From a virus (taxonomy: Duplodnaviria > Caudoviricetes), in IMG/VR virus record IMGVR_UViG_3300025519_000011, positions 1-26,339 of that record: 26,339 nt of DNA, one strand, 5' to 3'. The stretch's first letter is position 1. Every line of letters begins with the position of its first letter. The translations under genes were made by a program, and so were the position numbers. Below the pieces are notes generated by a model, which ran no database searches, had not been told where the DNA came from, and worked only from the letters and a program-made list of their open reading frames with translations. Shown here one piece after another: positions 8,426-17,697 of the stretch.

Positions 8426-9181
8426 CTAATAAAATCTTTCCGTATAAGTTAATGTAGTTGGATGACTTGCCTTGATTTGCACTTGCCCCGGCTCCAACTC
8501 AAACCAAACGGTACTTAAACTAATCGCCACAGCTAAGTTATTCGCGTTTAGCGTGACTTTCCTTTTTTGACAATCAATCTCCAACACATCACCAGCGATA
8601 AAGCTATAGTTTAATATGATCTTGCCACCACGGTTGGTTTCAAGTGTGAATTGTGTTGCTGGTGCTGTAAATGTCGTCTTGCTGGTCCATGTGGTTTTAC
8701 ATTGTCCGGATATCTTAAACTGTACATAAGAAGTCTGTATTGCTAAGTCGTGTGTCTTTTTAAGTTTATAAGAGCCCGGACGCCAAAACTCCATTGTTAA
8801 AATATGTGTTCCATTGACTTCTTTTTCCTCAGTAACAGAGTTCAATGTGCATTCATAAGTATATTCCGGTTCATCCGAAAATTTAATATTGTCCAATCCG
8901 TCTGTATTTAATATGCCATTTAATATATTTACAGCATTTCTCAATTCATTTTCTGATTCCCTGACCAAAATCGCTTTAACTATTAGTGGTTTCGGTATCT
9001 TTCTTTTTTTCTTAAATCGATAACTGCCATCCGTTTTCTGTGTGGCAATAATCTCATTGCCAGAAAGGGATCGACCTTTTACCTCTAATACGATCAAGTA
9101 ATCTGATAAATCAATGCCATTCAACCAAATTCGGAAGGGCTCACCAAAATAATTGCCATACGATATATCATCTAATATCAT
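8426..9181 (-). CDS. Distal tail protein (Dit, Sipho_tail)
   Basis: Follows the tape measure gene; FSDEPEYTY and WFELEPG...ERFY motifs. Confidence 0.85.
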   Translation of the reverse strand: MILDDISYGNYFGEPFRIWLNGIDLSDYLIVLEVKGRSLSGNEIIATQKTDGSYRFKKKRKIPKPLIVKAILVRESENELRNAVNILNGILNTDGLDNIKFSDEPEYTYECTLNSVTEEKEVNGTHILTMEFWRPGSYKLKKTHDLAIQTSYVQFKISGQCKTTWTSKTTFTAPATQFTLETNRGGKIILNYSFIAGDVLEIDCQKRKVTLNANNLAVAISLSTVWFELEPGQVQIKASHPTTLTYTERFY

Positions 9182-11424
9182 TGTTTTGGCTTCCTCCTTC
9201 CTCTAAAATTAATCCTACTTTGCTCGTTCGAAATGTACTTAATGACTCCTTTTGCCTCATAACCACCTATATTAATGACGGCATATTGTTCTTCTTGTTG
9301 AGCTAATTCAATTTCGTCCATTTCCATTCCAAATGCATAATCAATTGATCCAATATCCGGTACAGTAAACGATGTATCCACAGTTGCCGTTGCAACTTGA
9401 GGTGCAAATGTACTTGCTGCCACATCGGCGATATCGGATACTGTGTTTTTTACTTTAGATGCCATGTTGTTGGCACCGATGACATACCCGGCAAATGTAT
9501 CTTTACCAAATCCTTTAAACAACTTCGACGGCGAATGTATACCTAATAATCTTTTAGCAGCTTTAATTGCCCCGTTTACAACCCCTTTAACGGAATCAAT
9601 AACTTTATTCGCCATGCTTTTGATTCCGTTTGTTAACCCAGAGATCATGTTTTTACCTATCCCAAAAAGGTTTATTCCACCGAGAAAGCTTTTTACGTTA
9701 TTCATAACGCTTTTAACTGTATCAACAATTTTATTCCAAGTTTTTACTGTCCAATCCTTGATTTTGTCCCAGTTTGCTATGACAACTGCAGCAACACCAA
9801 TAATGGTAGCAATGACCCATCCAACAGGTCCCATGGCAACGACCCAAGAGGCGGCTACTTTAGCGGCATGTACTAATGATTTCGCTCCTAGAATTACCCA
9901 TTGAGCTACCATTTTAGCCACATGAACAACAAATTGTGCCGCTGCTTTTGCAGCACTTGCTATCATTTGACCCGTGGCAGTAACAAAACTTTTTACCGCA
10001 TTTAAAACATTTTGTCCAATTAATTTGAGCCCAACAATCATGTTTGTTTTAAATAAGTTAAACGACGCTGTTAGAGTAGGGAAAATACGCGCTAAAACTG
10101 ATCCAAAACCAGAAAAAAGAGATGTGACTGATAAAATCAACGGGATAATCATTTGTAGAATGCCAATCCCGATTATGATTGCGCCAACAACCTTGCCCAA
10201 CATCGGATGGGCTGCCAACATGCTACTTGTCCAACTAAAAAAGCCGTTTACAATTTCTAACATTTTTTGTCCTAGTGGAGCCATAGATGTAGCAAGGTTG
10301 ACAATGGTAGATACAATATTGCCAATCAATGATATAACCTTCGGAGCATTATCACGGATATACCCTATAAAACTTTGAAACTGTTGGTTTTGTGATAAGG
10401 TTTGCCCCCACAAAGCAAATTTTTCACTTAATCTCTGCAATCCTGTAAGCATATCGGAAGCTAAGGGTCCAAAGGCGGTAAACATCCCAATAAGCCCAAG
10501 ACCGAAGTTTTTTATGATATCCATAATTTTTGGACCGTTCGTTTTAACATAGTTGATAAAGTCTTGTAAACCTTTCGAGTTTGAAACTTTTTCGGTGAAC
10601 GCTGCAAACGAATCACCTAAATTTGAAAAACCCTGTGCCATATAGGTGATTAATGGACCAAAAGCCACGGTCAGATTCATGAATCCTTTTGTAAGCCCGA
10701 TTACGCCATTTGACACTTTTTCTAAGATTGGAGCTGCATTTTGATTTAAGAAATCAAAAAATATCTTAGCTGTTGATGAGTCCATAAACGCATTAAATTT
10801 TGTGGATAAATCAGAAATGACCTTAGCCGTACTGGTAAACATAGGATTTAAAGCCTGAACAGCTTTTCGAATTCCTTCCATCGCATTGCCAAAAGCAATA
10901 GCGGAATCCGGAGCAATTGCCTTTTGGACATTTTTCCAGGCTTTTTTAAGCCCATCAAGTTGTTCCATTGCTTTTTTATTTTCGGCGGTTGCTTCTGCAG
11001 TGCCATCAATGATTCCCTTAATGGTAGGTATTGCAGCGGCTCCGAATGCGATTGCAGCACCTCCGGCAATTCCAAATGCGGCAGCCATGGCAACAATACT
11101 TGCCCCTGAAACTGCGATAATTGGCCCAAGAGTTCCTAACAATCCGATGATAGTTGCCAAAATTGGTATAGCTGATGGGCTTGCTATCAATAGACCTCCC
11201 CGAAGGGCATTGCTCCATACTGTATTCAAAGAATGAATAGTTTGGGACAACCTATCCATTTTTGATTGGAATGATTCTATCCTTTTTTCAGCTTGTTTTG
11301 TAATTGCCGTTATTTTTACTTTTGTTTTATTTGGAAGAGCCTTAATAGAAGCATTGACTTCTTTCATTTTCCGTCGAAATTCCGTTATTTTTGCTCCTAC
11401 AATCGCGTTTAACCGTTCGTTCAA
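9178..11424 (-). CDS. Tail tape measure protein (748 aa)
   Basis: Ala/Gly-rich helical and hydrophobic; NWDKIK and LGIHSPSK motifs; expected position. Confidence 0.92.
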   Translation of the reverse strand: MNERLNAIVGAKITEFRRKMKEVNASIKALPNKTKVKITAITKQAEKRIESFQSKMDRLSQTIHSLNTVWSNALRGGLLIASPSAIPILATIIGLLGTLGPIIAVSGASIVAMAAAFGIAGGAAIAFGAAAIPTIKGIIDGTAEATAENKKAMEQLDGLKKAWKNVQKAIAPDSAIAFGNAMEGIRKAVQALNPMFTSTAKVISDLSTKFNAFMDSSTAKIFFDFLNQNAAPILEKVSNGVIGLTKGFMNLTVAFGPLITYMAQGFSNLGDSFAAFTEKVSNSKGLQDFINYVKTNGPKIMDIIKNFGLGLIGMFTAFGPLASDMLTGLQRLSEKFALWGQTLSQNQQFQSFIGYIRDNAPKVISLIGNIVSTIVNLATSMAPLGQKMLEIVNGFFSWTSSMLAAHPMLGKVVGAIIIGIGILQMIIPLILSVTSLFSGFGSVLARIFPTLTASFNLFKTNMIVGLKLIGQNVLNAVKSFVTATGQMIASAAKAAAQFVVHVAKMVAQWVILGAKSLVHAAKVAASWVVAMGPVGWVIATIIGVAAVVIANWDKIKDWTVKTWNKIVDTVKSVMNNVKSFLGGINLFGIGKNMISGLTNGIKSMANKVIDSVKGVVNGAIKAAKRLLGIHSPSKLFKGFGKDTFAGYVIGANNMASKVKNTVSDIADVAASTFAPQVATATVDTSFTVPDIGSIDYAFGMEMDEIELAQQEEQYAVINIGGYEAKGVIKYISNEQSRINFRGRRKPKQ

Positions 11425-11429
11425 TGTAA

Positions 11430-11921
11430 TTAACCCCCTTTCCTTTTGGGGATGAATTCAGGCTGAAATCCTTCGAATTTTTTATTTAGTTCTAACATAC
11501 GTTCAATGTTTTTATCACTTACATCATTAAAACCTTTTTCTAAATTTCTTCTGGCTTGTTTAGCATTAAAAATCCTTCGTTCACTTGCTCTTTTTGCATG
11601 TACCGCATATCGGATTGACATCGCATTTTTAGCCATATACTCGTATTGATCTATTTGCCGAAGTTGAGCACCTTTGATAAATGATTGATACTCTCTTGGC
11701 GTCCAAGACAATATTAATTCTGGGTCGTAAATTCCGAGATAATGAGCGACATTCGTAAAAATCTCATCGTAATTTATCGTGTTGGGTTCAGTTCTTTTCT
11801 TTTCTCCAAGAACATTTCTTTCGCTATTTGAGCCTGTTCCTTCTCGTCCTCGTCCTTCGCTAACTTGTCGATTAAGTCGAGATTCTTCCAAAATTCTTTC
11901 AGTTGTAGCCTGAAAAAACCC
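11430..11921 (-). CDS. Tail assembly chaperone C-terminal extension (gpGT-like), probably made by -1 frameshift
   Basis: The -1 frame relative to 11774-12226 opens just before GGGTTTTTTC; contains LSWTPREY. Confidence 0.7.
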   Translation of the reverse strand, partial: GFFQATTERILEESRLNRQVSEGRGREGTGSNSERNVLGEKKRTEPNTINYDEIFTNVAHYLGIYDPELILSWTPREYQSFIKGAQLRQIDQYEYMAKNAMSIRYAVHAKRASERRIFNAKQARRNLEKGFNDVSDKNIERMLELNKKFEGFQPEFIPKRKGG

Positions 11922-12226
11922 GAATTATCAATAGCTTGAAAGGCATCTTTGAATAATTGTTCTGCTCCATTTTCGTCATTTTCAAGGATCTCAATAAGCG
12001 CGTCTTCGATTTTTTCAAGACTAGGTTGTTCTTTTTTAAGATGAGCCGTAGCACAATCCCAAAATGCTAAAAGTGCTCCCGTTTTATATGACATTAGATC
12101 TTGATAAATTTGTTCAAGACCACTTAGTTCAGTGTCTTTCTGTTTATATTTTTCATTTGCTTTCCGTTCAAATTTAAAATTACATTTTGCTTCATATTGT
12201 TTTCCGTCGATTTCTAAATAAGCCAT
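11774..12226 (-). CDS. Tail assembly chaperone (gpG-like)
   Basis: Between the major tail and tape measure genes; RBS GGAGG; NSGFF motif. Confidence 0.85.
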   Translation of the reverse strand: MAYLEIDGKQYEAKCNFKFERKANEKYKQKDTELSGLEQIYQDLMSYKTGALLAFWDCATAHLKKEQPSLEKIEDALIEILENDENGAEQLFKDAFQAIDNSGFFRLQLKEFWKNLDLIDKLAKDEDEKEQAQIAKEMFLEKRKELNPTR

Positions 12227-12253
12227 CTATGATACCTCCAATAGGATATATTC

Positions 12254-12286
12254 AAAAATAAAAAGGGTTAGCCGAAGCTAATCCCC
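12254..12286 (-). terminator. Intrinsic terminator after the major tail gene
   Basis: GGATTAGC-TTCG-GCTAACCC followed by TTTTTATTTTT. Confidence 0.8.
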
Positions 12287-12289
12287 TTA

Positions 12290-12793
12290 TTATGGTGTTG
12301 TAGGTGTTCCTGTTTCACCCGGTGTTTCAAATTCATAAGATTGTTTACTTGTAGCTTCTGCAGGTATTGTAGTTAATTCACCCTCAACAGATTCACCTTC
12401 TACTTGTAAGGTTGCCGTTACCTCTTGAAAGTTATCGCCCGGGGAAGATACTTCAACTGATTCAACTAAACAATAGGCAAAAACCGCGTCGTATTTACCA
12501 CCTGCATTTGGAACAAGGTCTACTTCCCAGACTTTTAGTTTTTTCTTCTGCCTAATTGCGTCGATAACTGCAGTTTGCCCGGGATCCCCTTTTTTCCCAT
12601 AGCAAGTCATTTCAAATGATTCACTGTTCTGTCCATATGCTAAAATACGCCCCATCTTTGTTTGTTCATCCACTAATTCATTTTCGATAGACCAACTATT
12701 TTCTGTCAGTTCTGCCACAACAAGTCCGGGGCTGCCAACAGTAGCGTCTACCGGTTGGACCAATAGTATTGTGTCTCTACCATTTTTCAACAA
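12290..12793 (-). CDS. Major tail tube protein (SPP1 gp17.1 / TP901-1 type)
   Basis: Start reassigned to TTG 12793 (GGAGG 8 nt upstream); DEQTKMGR, KVWEVD and YEFETPGE motifs. Confidence 0.88.
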   Translation of the reverse strand: MLKNGRDTILLVQPVDATVGSPGLVVAELTENSWSIENELVDEQTKMGRILAYGQNSESFEMTCYGKKGDPGQTAVIDAIRQKKKLKVWEVDLVPNAGGKYDAVFAYCLVESVEVSSPGDNFQEVTATLQVEGESVEGELTTIPAEATSKQSYEFETPGETGTPTTP

Positions 12794-12806
12794 CTCAATG
12801 ACCTCC

Positions 12807-13208
12807 TTATTTGCCAATATAATAGCGTATACGCATGATTCCATGGTATGTGGTGTTATCTATATCTGTAATCACTTGTAATTGCTCCGGCTTAAATCTA
12901 AGTAAAATAAAACCACCCTCCATCTCTAATGGGGTCGAAGATAAAGATTTAAGCATGAGATTCATAACTTCATAGGCTTCCTTTTTACCTGGATACCCAC
13001 TCCATACATGGTGTGTCCAAGGAATTTCCTCATGATACGAGCTTTTTGTTTCTAAAGGAGTTACTAAAGGTTCTCCTAACGTTATATAAGGATAATTCTG
13101 TCCAGATGGAACATAGTCAAAAACACCCGTTATCTTTGTTTTTAACTCTTGATCATTACTCCATCTTGTAAATAATACCTTTTGTAAAGGCCATAGGGCA
13201 GTTTCCAT
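12807..13208 (-). CDS. Tail terminator/completion protein (DUF3168, SPP1 gp17-like)
   Basis: ALWPLQ, VFDYVP...YPYITLGE, HVWS, HGIMRIRY. Confidence 0.85.
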   Translation of the reverse strand: METALWPLQKVLFTRWSNDQELKTKITGVFDYVPSGQNYPYITLGEPLVTPLETKSSYHEEIPWTHHVWSGYPGKKEAYEVMNLMLKSLSSTPLEMEGGFILLRFKPEQLQVITDIDNTTYHGIMRIRYYIGK

Positions 13209-13212
13209 AAAC

Positions 13213-13674
13213 TCACGCCCCTAACTTATTTAATTCTCTCTCAAAATACTTACTGCCTATTTCAATTGCAGGTGCCCAGTATGGTTGAGCGTGCATGCCT
13301 CTTGTCCAGATAAATATAGGATTTCCTTTTTCATCATACCTTCCTTCAGGGTCTCGATAAGCCCAAGGAGTTTTCCTTCCATTTCCTTCAACAGCATAAA
13401 TTCCTGTCCCATATTCGACATAAACGCCATAATGAGCACCTACAGAAATACGAGCACTTAAACCCCCATTAAAATACTCAATTTCAATAGATTTTCTGAG
13501 GTTTCCATCATCTTCAGGTGCCAATGCTTGAGCTTGGCTCTTAATTAGTTTAGCTGTTTCAACAATGACACGTTTAACCTTTCTGATAAACTCTTTCTCA
13601 AATCGATTTACAGTGCGTTCAAACTTACGAATTCCTGCAATCTCAATACCTATCTCAATATCTTTCCTACCCAT
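13213..13674 (-). CDS. HK97 gp10-like tail completion protein
   Basis: APEDDGNLRKSI, YGVYVEYGTG, GMHAQPYWAPA. Confidence 0.88.
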   Translation of the reverse strand: MGRKDIEIGIEIAGIRKFERTVNRFEKEFIRKVKRVIVETAKLIKSQAQALAPEDDGNLRKSIEIEYFNGGLSARISVGAHYGVYVEYGTGIYAVEGNGRKTPWAYRDPEGRYDEKGNPIFIWTRGMHAQPYWAPAIEIGSKYFERELNKLGA

Positions 13675-14000
13675 TACTCCACCAACCTAAGAGCCACTTT
13701 CATTACTTCATGTTGACCGCCTTGATCCATGGGGTTACTTGCTAATTCATATATCTCTCCTTCACACTTTACTCGGTTTGCAATCGTTAAATTCTCTCCA
13801 TATGGATAATACAAATATCGGTTAAATGGGTGATTTAACTGTTCTGCCTGGTAAATTTCATTGGATTCAGGTGTATCTAAAAAACCATTAAAACGATGTG
13901 ATTCCACCCATTTAGCCGGTAAATAACCGCCACCGCCATCTGATTGCTTTTCCTGATACTTAAAGATTGTAACTTCATGTGGAAATTCGTCTAACATCAT
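13674..14000 (-). CDS. Head closure / stopper protein (SPP1 gp16-like)
   Basis: DEFPHEVT, DGGGG, GFLDTP, DQGGQHE. Confidence 0.85.
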   Translation of the reverse strand: MMLDEFPHEVTIFKYQEKQSDGGGGYLPAKWVESHRFNGFLDTPESNEIYQAEQLNHPFNRYLYYPYGENLTIANRVKCEGEIYELASNPMDQGGQHEVMKVALRLVE

Positions 14001-14308
14001 ACGAATCTAACCTTTCTGTAAGGTCGTAAGTATTTTTTTATTTTGTCCGGTAGATCGGTGTCATAGGAATACGAAACGGACCCCATAGACCGACTAGAAA
14101 GACATTTGCTGTTCAGCTTATGTTTGATGGATTCGGCTATGAATATTTTAACCCCTCCTGGAGGATTTTCTGCATCAAACGTGTTATTACAATGGTCCTC
14201 GGCAAATTCAAGCAAGATGGGAATATATTTGTCCAGATAATCGCTGTATTTGTTCATATCTATTTCCGCCATATTTGCGATTGTATCTTTTAAAGTCATA
14301 TTATTCAC
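13997..14308 (-). CDS. Head-tail adaptor (SPP1 gp15-like)
   Basis: HCNNTF, SRSMGSVSYSY, LRPYRK. Confidence 0.85.
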   Translation of the reverse strand: MNNMTLKDTIANMAEIDMNKYSDYLDKYIPILLEFAEDHCNNTFDAENPPGGVKIFIAESIKHKLNSKCLSSRSMGSVSYSYDTDLPDKIKKYLRPYRKVRFV

Positions 14309-14600
14309 CTACAATCAGTGAAATTAGTTCATCCTTTGTAGCATTAGATTTATACTCAATTTCTAACTCATCCAAATAAGCTTTTAAATCCTCGTTTTTG
14401 ACTTTTTTAAGTTCTTCAGCTGTCATTTCAGCAATGTCTTTTTTATCATCATGATCAGCATTATTTTGCGCTGGATTTAATGGCGCTTTTTCCTCTTTTG
14501 CAGGATAAAACCCAGCACCTTCATAAACAACTTGGAATGCTTTCTCATAAACTTCTAAAACTTTACCATCTTTATTTTGAATTCTGATTTTTTTAGCCAT
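14301..14600 (-). CDS. Small head-associated protein with C-terminal HeH/LEM-like domain
   Basis: LKAYLDELEIEYKSNATKDELISL; directly after the capsid gene. Confidence 0.75.
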   Translation of the reverse strand: MAKKIRIQNKDGKVLEVYEKAFQVVYEGAGFYPAKEEKAPLNPAQNNADHDDKKDIAEMTAEELKKVKNEDLKAYLDELEIEYKSNATKDELISLIVGE

Positions 14601-14613
14601 TTAGAGCCCTCCT

Positions 14614-14642
14614 AAAAAATAAGGCGACTAGTAAGCCGCCTA
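14614..14642 (-). terminator. Probable terminator after the capsid gene
   Basis: AGGCGGCT-TACT-AGTCGCCT followed by TATTTTTT. Confidence 0.65.
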
Positions 14643-14649
14643 TGATTCA

Positions 14650-15600
14650 TTAAACCCCTGTTTCTACTTTAGGTGTTAATGCAGCAAATGCCTCATCTTT
14701 CAAAGTCATAAATCCAACATGCATTGTTGCACGCAATGCAAACATATCACGTTCAAACAAATTAAACGGATTGCCTTGCACGTCAGTTATAGTGGTCAAT
14801 GTAGCATCCTCGGAAATTTTATACTCGATGTTTTGGAGGATTCCATATCGGGCGTATTTCCAATCACCAGCTAATACATGTGCCTTTGTTTGGTCCCAAG
14901 ATTTTGCGTCGGCATAGCCGATAGGCAAGCCTAGTACTTGAGAAGTAACACCTTGACGAGCGTCATTAAAGATTGGATTCCCGGTTGTGTCTTTAACACC
15001 CCGTAATTTTTGACGGAATTTCTTGATAGTTGTAAAACCGTTTGGATCACCGTCACCATCTTCAATCAAACCAATAACGCCATTTAACTCATCATAAAGA
15101 GACCCGAGGGATTCGATTTGCACAGTATTTCCAGCGGTCGTAATTCGATCAAATACAGATGTCCCTGCTTTAAACGGAGAGTTTACTCCGAATAGTGCAG
15201 CTTGGTCAAACGCAATATAAAAAGCTTCTGCAATTGCCGGACGAATTTCGTTGAAAAAAGCCGGAACCGTGTAACGATAAAATTCTTTCGAAACAGGAAG
15301 GATAACAGCTAGTTTCTTAGTTTCCATCTCTGCTGTTAACCATGTTGCTTTAGAAGTTTGGATCCGTTCCGTTTCAGATACCCAGTAAGCTCCCGGACCT
15401 TCTGCTAGGTACGTAAATTTCTTTTTTGGTTTTGTCATAGGCTCATATTTAGCTAGTTGAGTGACTGCACTGTTTTTCATAAACTCTTTTAAAACTAGTG
15501 TTGCTTGTTCTGATGGAATTTCTCCAGACACAGCGTTTTGAAGTAATACATTCGAAGCATCGAATTGGTGAATATTCACCTTTAAAATATTTGTCATCAT
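14650..15600 (-). CDS. Major capsid protein (HK97 fold)
   Basis: GAYWVSETERI, KKLAVILPVSKE, FDQAALFG, NLFERDMFALRATM. Confidence 0.95.
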   Translation of the reverse strand: MMTNILKVNIHQFDASNVLLQNAVSGEIPSEQATLVLKEFMKNSAVTQLAKYEPMTKPKKKFTYLAEGPGAYWVSETERIQTSKATWLTAEMETKKLAVILPVSKEFYRYTVPAFFNEIRPAIAEAFYIAFDQAALFGVNSPFKAGTSVFDRITTAGNTVQIESLGSLYDELNGVIGLIEDGDGDPNGFTTIKKFRQKLRGVKDTTGNPIFNDARQGVTSQVLGLPIGYADAKSWDQTKAHVLAGDWKYARYGILQNIEYKISEDATLTTITDVQGNPFNLFERDMFALRATMHVGFMTLKDEAFAALTPKVETGV

Positions 15601-15619
15601 AAATTCATCTCTCCGTTTC

Positions 15620-16252
15620 TTAGTTTGTTAAACTTACTTCATTGGCTAAACTACTAATATCAATAGCTTGGCCGCTATTTCCTCCACTGTTACCCGGTTC
15701 AGGGTCACGACCACTTGCTTTAAATTTTGCTTCAACAGCTTTTGTAACAGCAGCATTAAATTCTTCCTCTAACTTGCTAAGATTAGAAATTGTTCCATCT
15801 TCATCCTCACCGACAAAGAAATCGATGACGCCTTTAGGAAGTGCTTTTTCATCTGCAATCTTTAAGGCTTTGTTAACCAAAGCTTCACGATTACGGGCCT
15901 TCCGTTCATCTTCAATTTCTTTACGCAGTTTCTCTAACTCAATTTGCTCAGGTGTTTTGCCTGGATTTCGTTTTCTAACCTCTTCATCAATCAACTTTTC
16001 GAGATTGTTTGTTTTCCAAGTTTCAAGTGACTTAGTAAAATGAGCGTCCAATCTTGGTTGCAACAATTTCTTTCCTTCTTCTGTATCAAGGAACCCTTTC
16101 ACTCCTTCAACAGTAGGCGCTGAAAGTTCTCCAAGATATGCTTTTACATCTGGATTATCTTTGTTGTCAGTGAAAAACTTTTTAATTACATCTAAAGTGA
16201 TACCATCATCAAACTGCTTAATATCTACTGGCAAAATAATTTTTTTTAACAT
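15620..16252 (-). CDS. Capsid scaffolding protein (DUF4355-like)
   Basis: Charged coiled coil, LETWKTNNL, TPEQIEL; lies just before the capsid gene. Confidence 0.85.
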   Translation of the reverse strand: MLKKIILPVDIKQFDDGITLDVIKKFFTDNKDNPDVKAYLGELSAPTVEGVKGFLDTEEGKKLLQPRLDAHFTKSLETWKTNNLEKLIDEEVRKRNPGKTPEQIELEKLRKEIEDERKARNREALVNKALKIADEKALPKGVIDFFVGEDEDGTISNLSKLEEEFNAAVTKAVEAKFKASGRDPEPGNSGGNSGQAIDISSLANEVSLTN

Positions 16253-16324
16253 TTCATTTCCTCCTAGTGCCCTTACAGTTCAAAAAGCCCTGCAAGTGCA
16301 AGTTTTTGGTATAAAAATAAGCCC

Positions 16325-16516
16325 TTATTCAGGACTTTTGATGACAACTTGTAATTGATCTGGATATTGTTCGCTTAATTCTTGTAAAAACCTCACTGAC
16401 GATTGTAAAAGTGTAGAAACAGAGGCACAAATCACACTGTTGGTATGTCCACTGGCTTCGATTTTCATGTATCCATCAGAATCAGTTGTAACTTCGATTT
16501 TGGTAATAGTAATCAC
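16325..16516 (-). CDS. Minimal Prp-like (peptidase C108) cysteine protease
   Basis: IEASGH...VICASVSTL carries the His/Cys dyad; C-terminal LQELSEQYPD matches the Prp family ending. Confidence 0.75.
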   Translation of the reverse strand: MITITKIEVTTDSDGYMKIEASGHTNSVICASVSTLLQSSVRFLQELSEQYPDQLQVVIKSPE

Positions 16517-16668
16517 CTCCTATTAATAGCCCTGGCATGTTCTTGGTATATCGCTATTTCTTTAGCAATTGATTTTATATCATGCGTGTCTTTTTTGTTT
16601 GCTAACTTCAACTCTTTCAATATATCTTTCAAAGTCTGATCAATCGATTTAAGATAATCTTTAGTCAT
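16513..16668 (-). CDS. Small hypothetical protein (51 aa), not in the ORF track
   Basis: MTKDYLKSIDQTLKDILKELK...NRR*; RBS AGGTGG; GTGA overlap with the protease gene. Confidence 0.65.
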   Translation of the reverse strand: MTKDYLKSIDQTLKDILKELKLANKKDTHDIKSIAKEIAIYQEHARAINRR

Positions 16669-16680
16669 CTAATGCACCAC

Positions 16681-17697
16681 CTAACTAGCATGTTTTTTAT
16701 GCCACTCATCAAATGTTACATAGTCCATAACGATATTAGGCGCAGTAATTTCTTTATCAGCTTTCTTAAAAGCCTGCTTGTACGTTAATCCTTCATCCAC
16801 CATGTATTTTTCTATCCTATCAGCAAGCTTTTTCTGATAATCAGGATCCATATAATTTCTCCCTCGTCTATAAATTGGCAACATCCCATTAACTTTAGTG
16901 ATTTTTACACATCTGCAATTAATGTCCATCTCGGGCGTTCCCCATAAATGAGGACCTTTCGCTTTCAGTCCGTGATAATGAAAATAACCGTCTTTATCAG
17001 TTTCCTTACCGTCCAAATCACGATGAGATCGTCTAACCCTTAAATCTAATGCAGATAGCCAAACACCTGTTAATTCCGCGTATTGACTAGCTTGTTCCTC
17101 GGATTTCAAACTAGCTAAACTTCTTGCCCTGCCAGCCTCGGTCCTAACTACTCGAGTCGCTTTTTTTCGGCTAAATTTAACCGCATTTTGTATTCTTTTA
17201 ACCATTTGAGGGTAACCTTCACCGGCTTGAATACCTTGAGCGATTTCGATATTTATTCGCCTGACTATTTCATTTCTATGTGTTTCCAAAACAGCCGGCA
17301 AAGTTAGTTCTTCAATAGGATTTTGCAATATTTGTCGGATAATACGCATGCTTGGTAAAACTACTCGCATAGTTGCACCTGTAGTCATTTCATACAGATA
17401 CATATGCCGCATATAGCCTTGTAAATAGATGTATTCTGTTGATTCCTGGATGGTATTGATAATCTCTTTATAAGTCGCTGTTAATTCTTCGTGAATTCGC
17501 TCGAGTTCTTTTCGTAACCGATTAAAACGATTAATATCCGTCCAGGAAACAACACCTTCTTTGTTTGAGTATTTTTCATACATTTGAGCAATCTCATTTA
17601 GTATTGTTCGCAAACGGCGATTAAAGACTACCTCAATATCTGATTCAAGATTTCGGGCCAGTTGATCAAGAAATTCCTCGATTTCCAGTTGGTTCAT
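16681..17697 (-). CDS. Minor head protein (SPP1 gp7 / MuF family)
   Basis: ATRVVRTE, WLSALDLRVRRSHRDLDG, DINCRC; no obvious C-terminal toxin domain. Confidence 0.9.
   Translation of the reverse strand: MNQLEIEEFLDQLARNLESDIEVVFNRRLRTILNEIAQMYEKYSNKEGVVSWTDINRFNRLRKELERIHEELTATYKEIINTIQESTEYIYLQGYMRHMYLYEMTTGATMRVVLPSMRIIRQILQNPIEELTLPAVLETHRNEIVRRINIEIAQGIQAGEGYPQMVKRIQNAVKFSRKKATRVVRTEAGRARSLASLKSEEQASQYAELTGVWLSALDLRVRRSHRDLDGKETDKDGYFHYHGLKAKGPHLWGTPEMDINCRCVKITKVNGMLPIYRRGRNYMDPDYQKKLADRIEKYMVDEGLTYKQAFKKADKEITAPNIVMDYVTFDEWHKKHAS

Noticed and set aside
9443-11236. ORFs overlapping the tape measure gene
   Set aside because: Shadow frames of a clearly identified gene.
12287-12300. SPP1-type +1 frameshift extension of the major tail protein
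   Set aside because: The gene ends CCA TAA TAA followed by a terminator; there is no room for an Ig/FN3 extension.
16681-16860. MuF polymorphic toxin
   Set aside because: The C-terminal extension is short and has no recognisable toxin motif.
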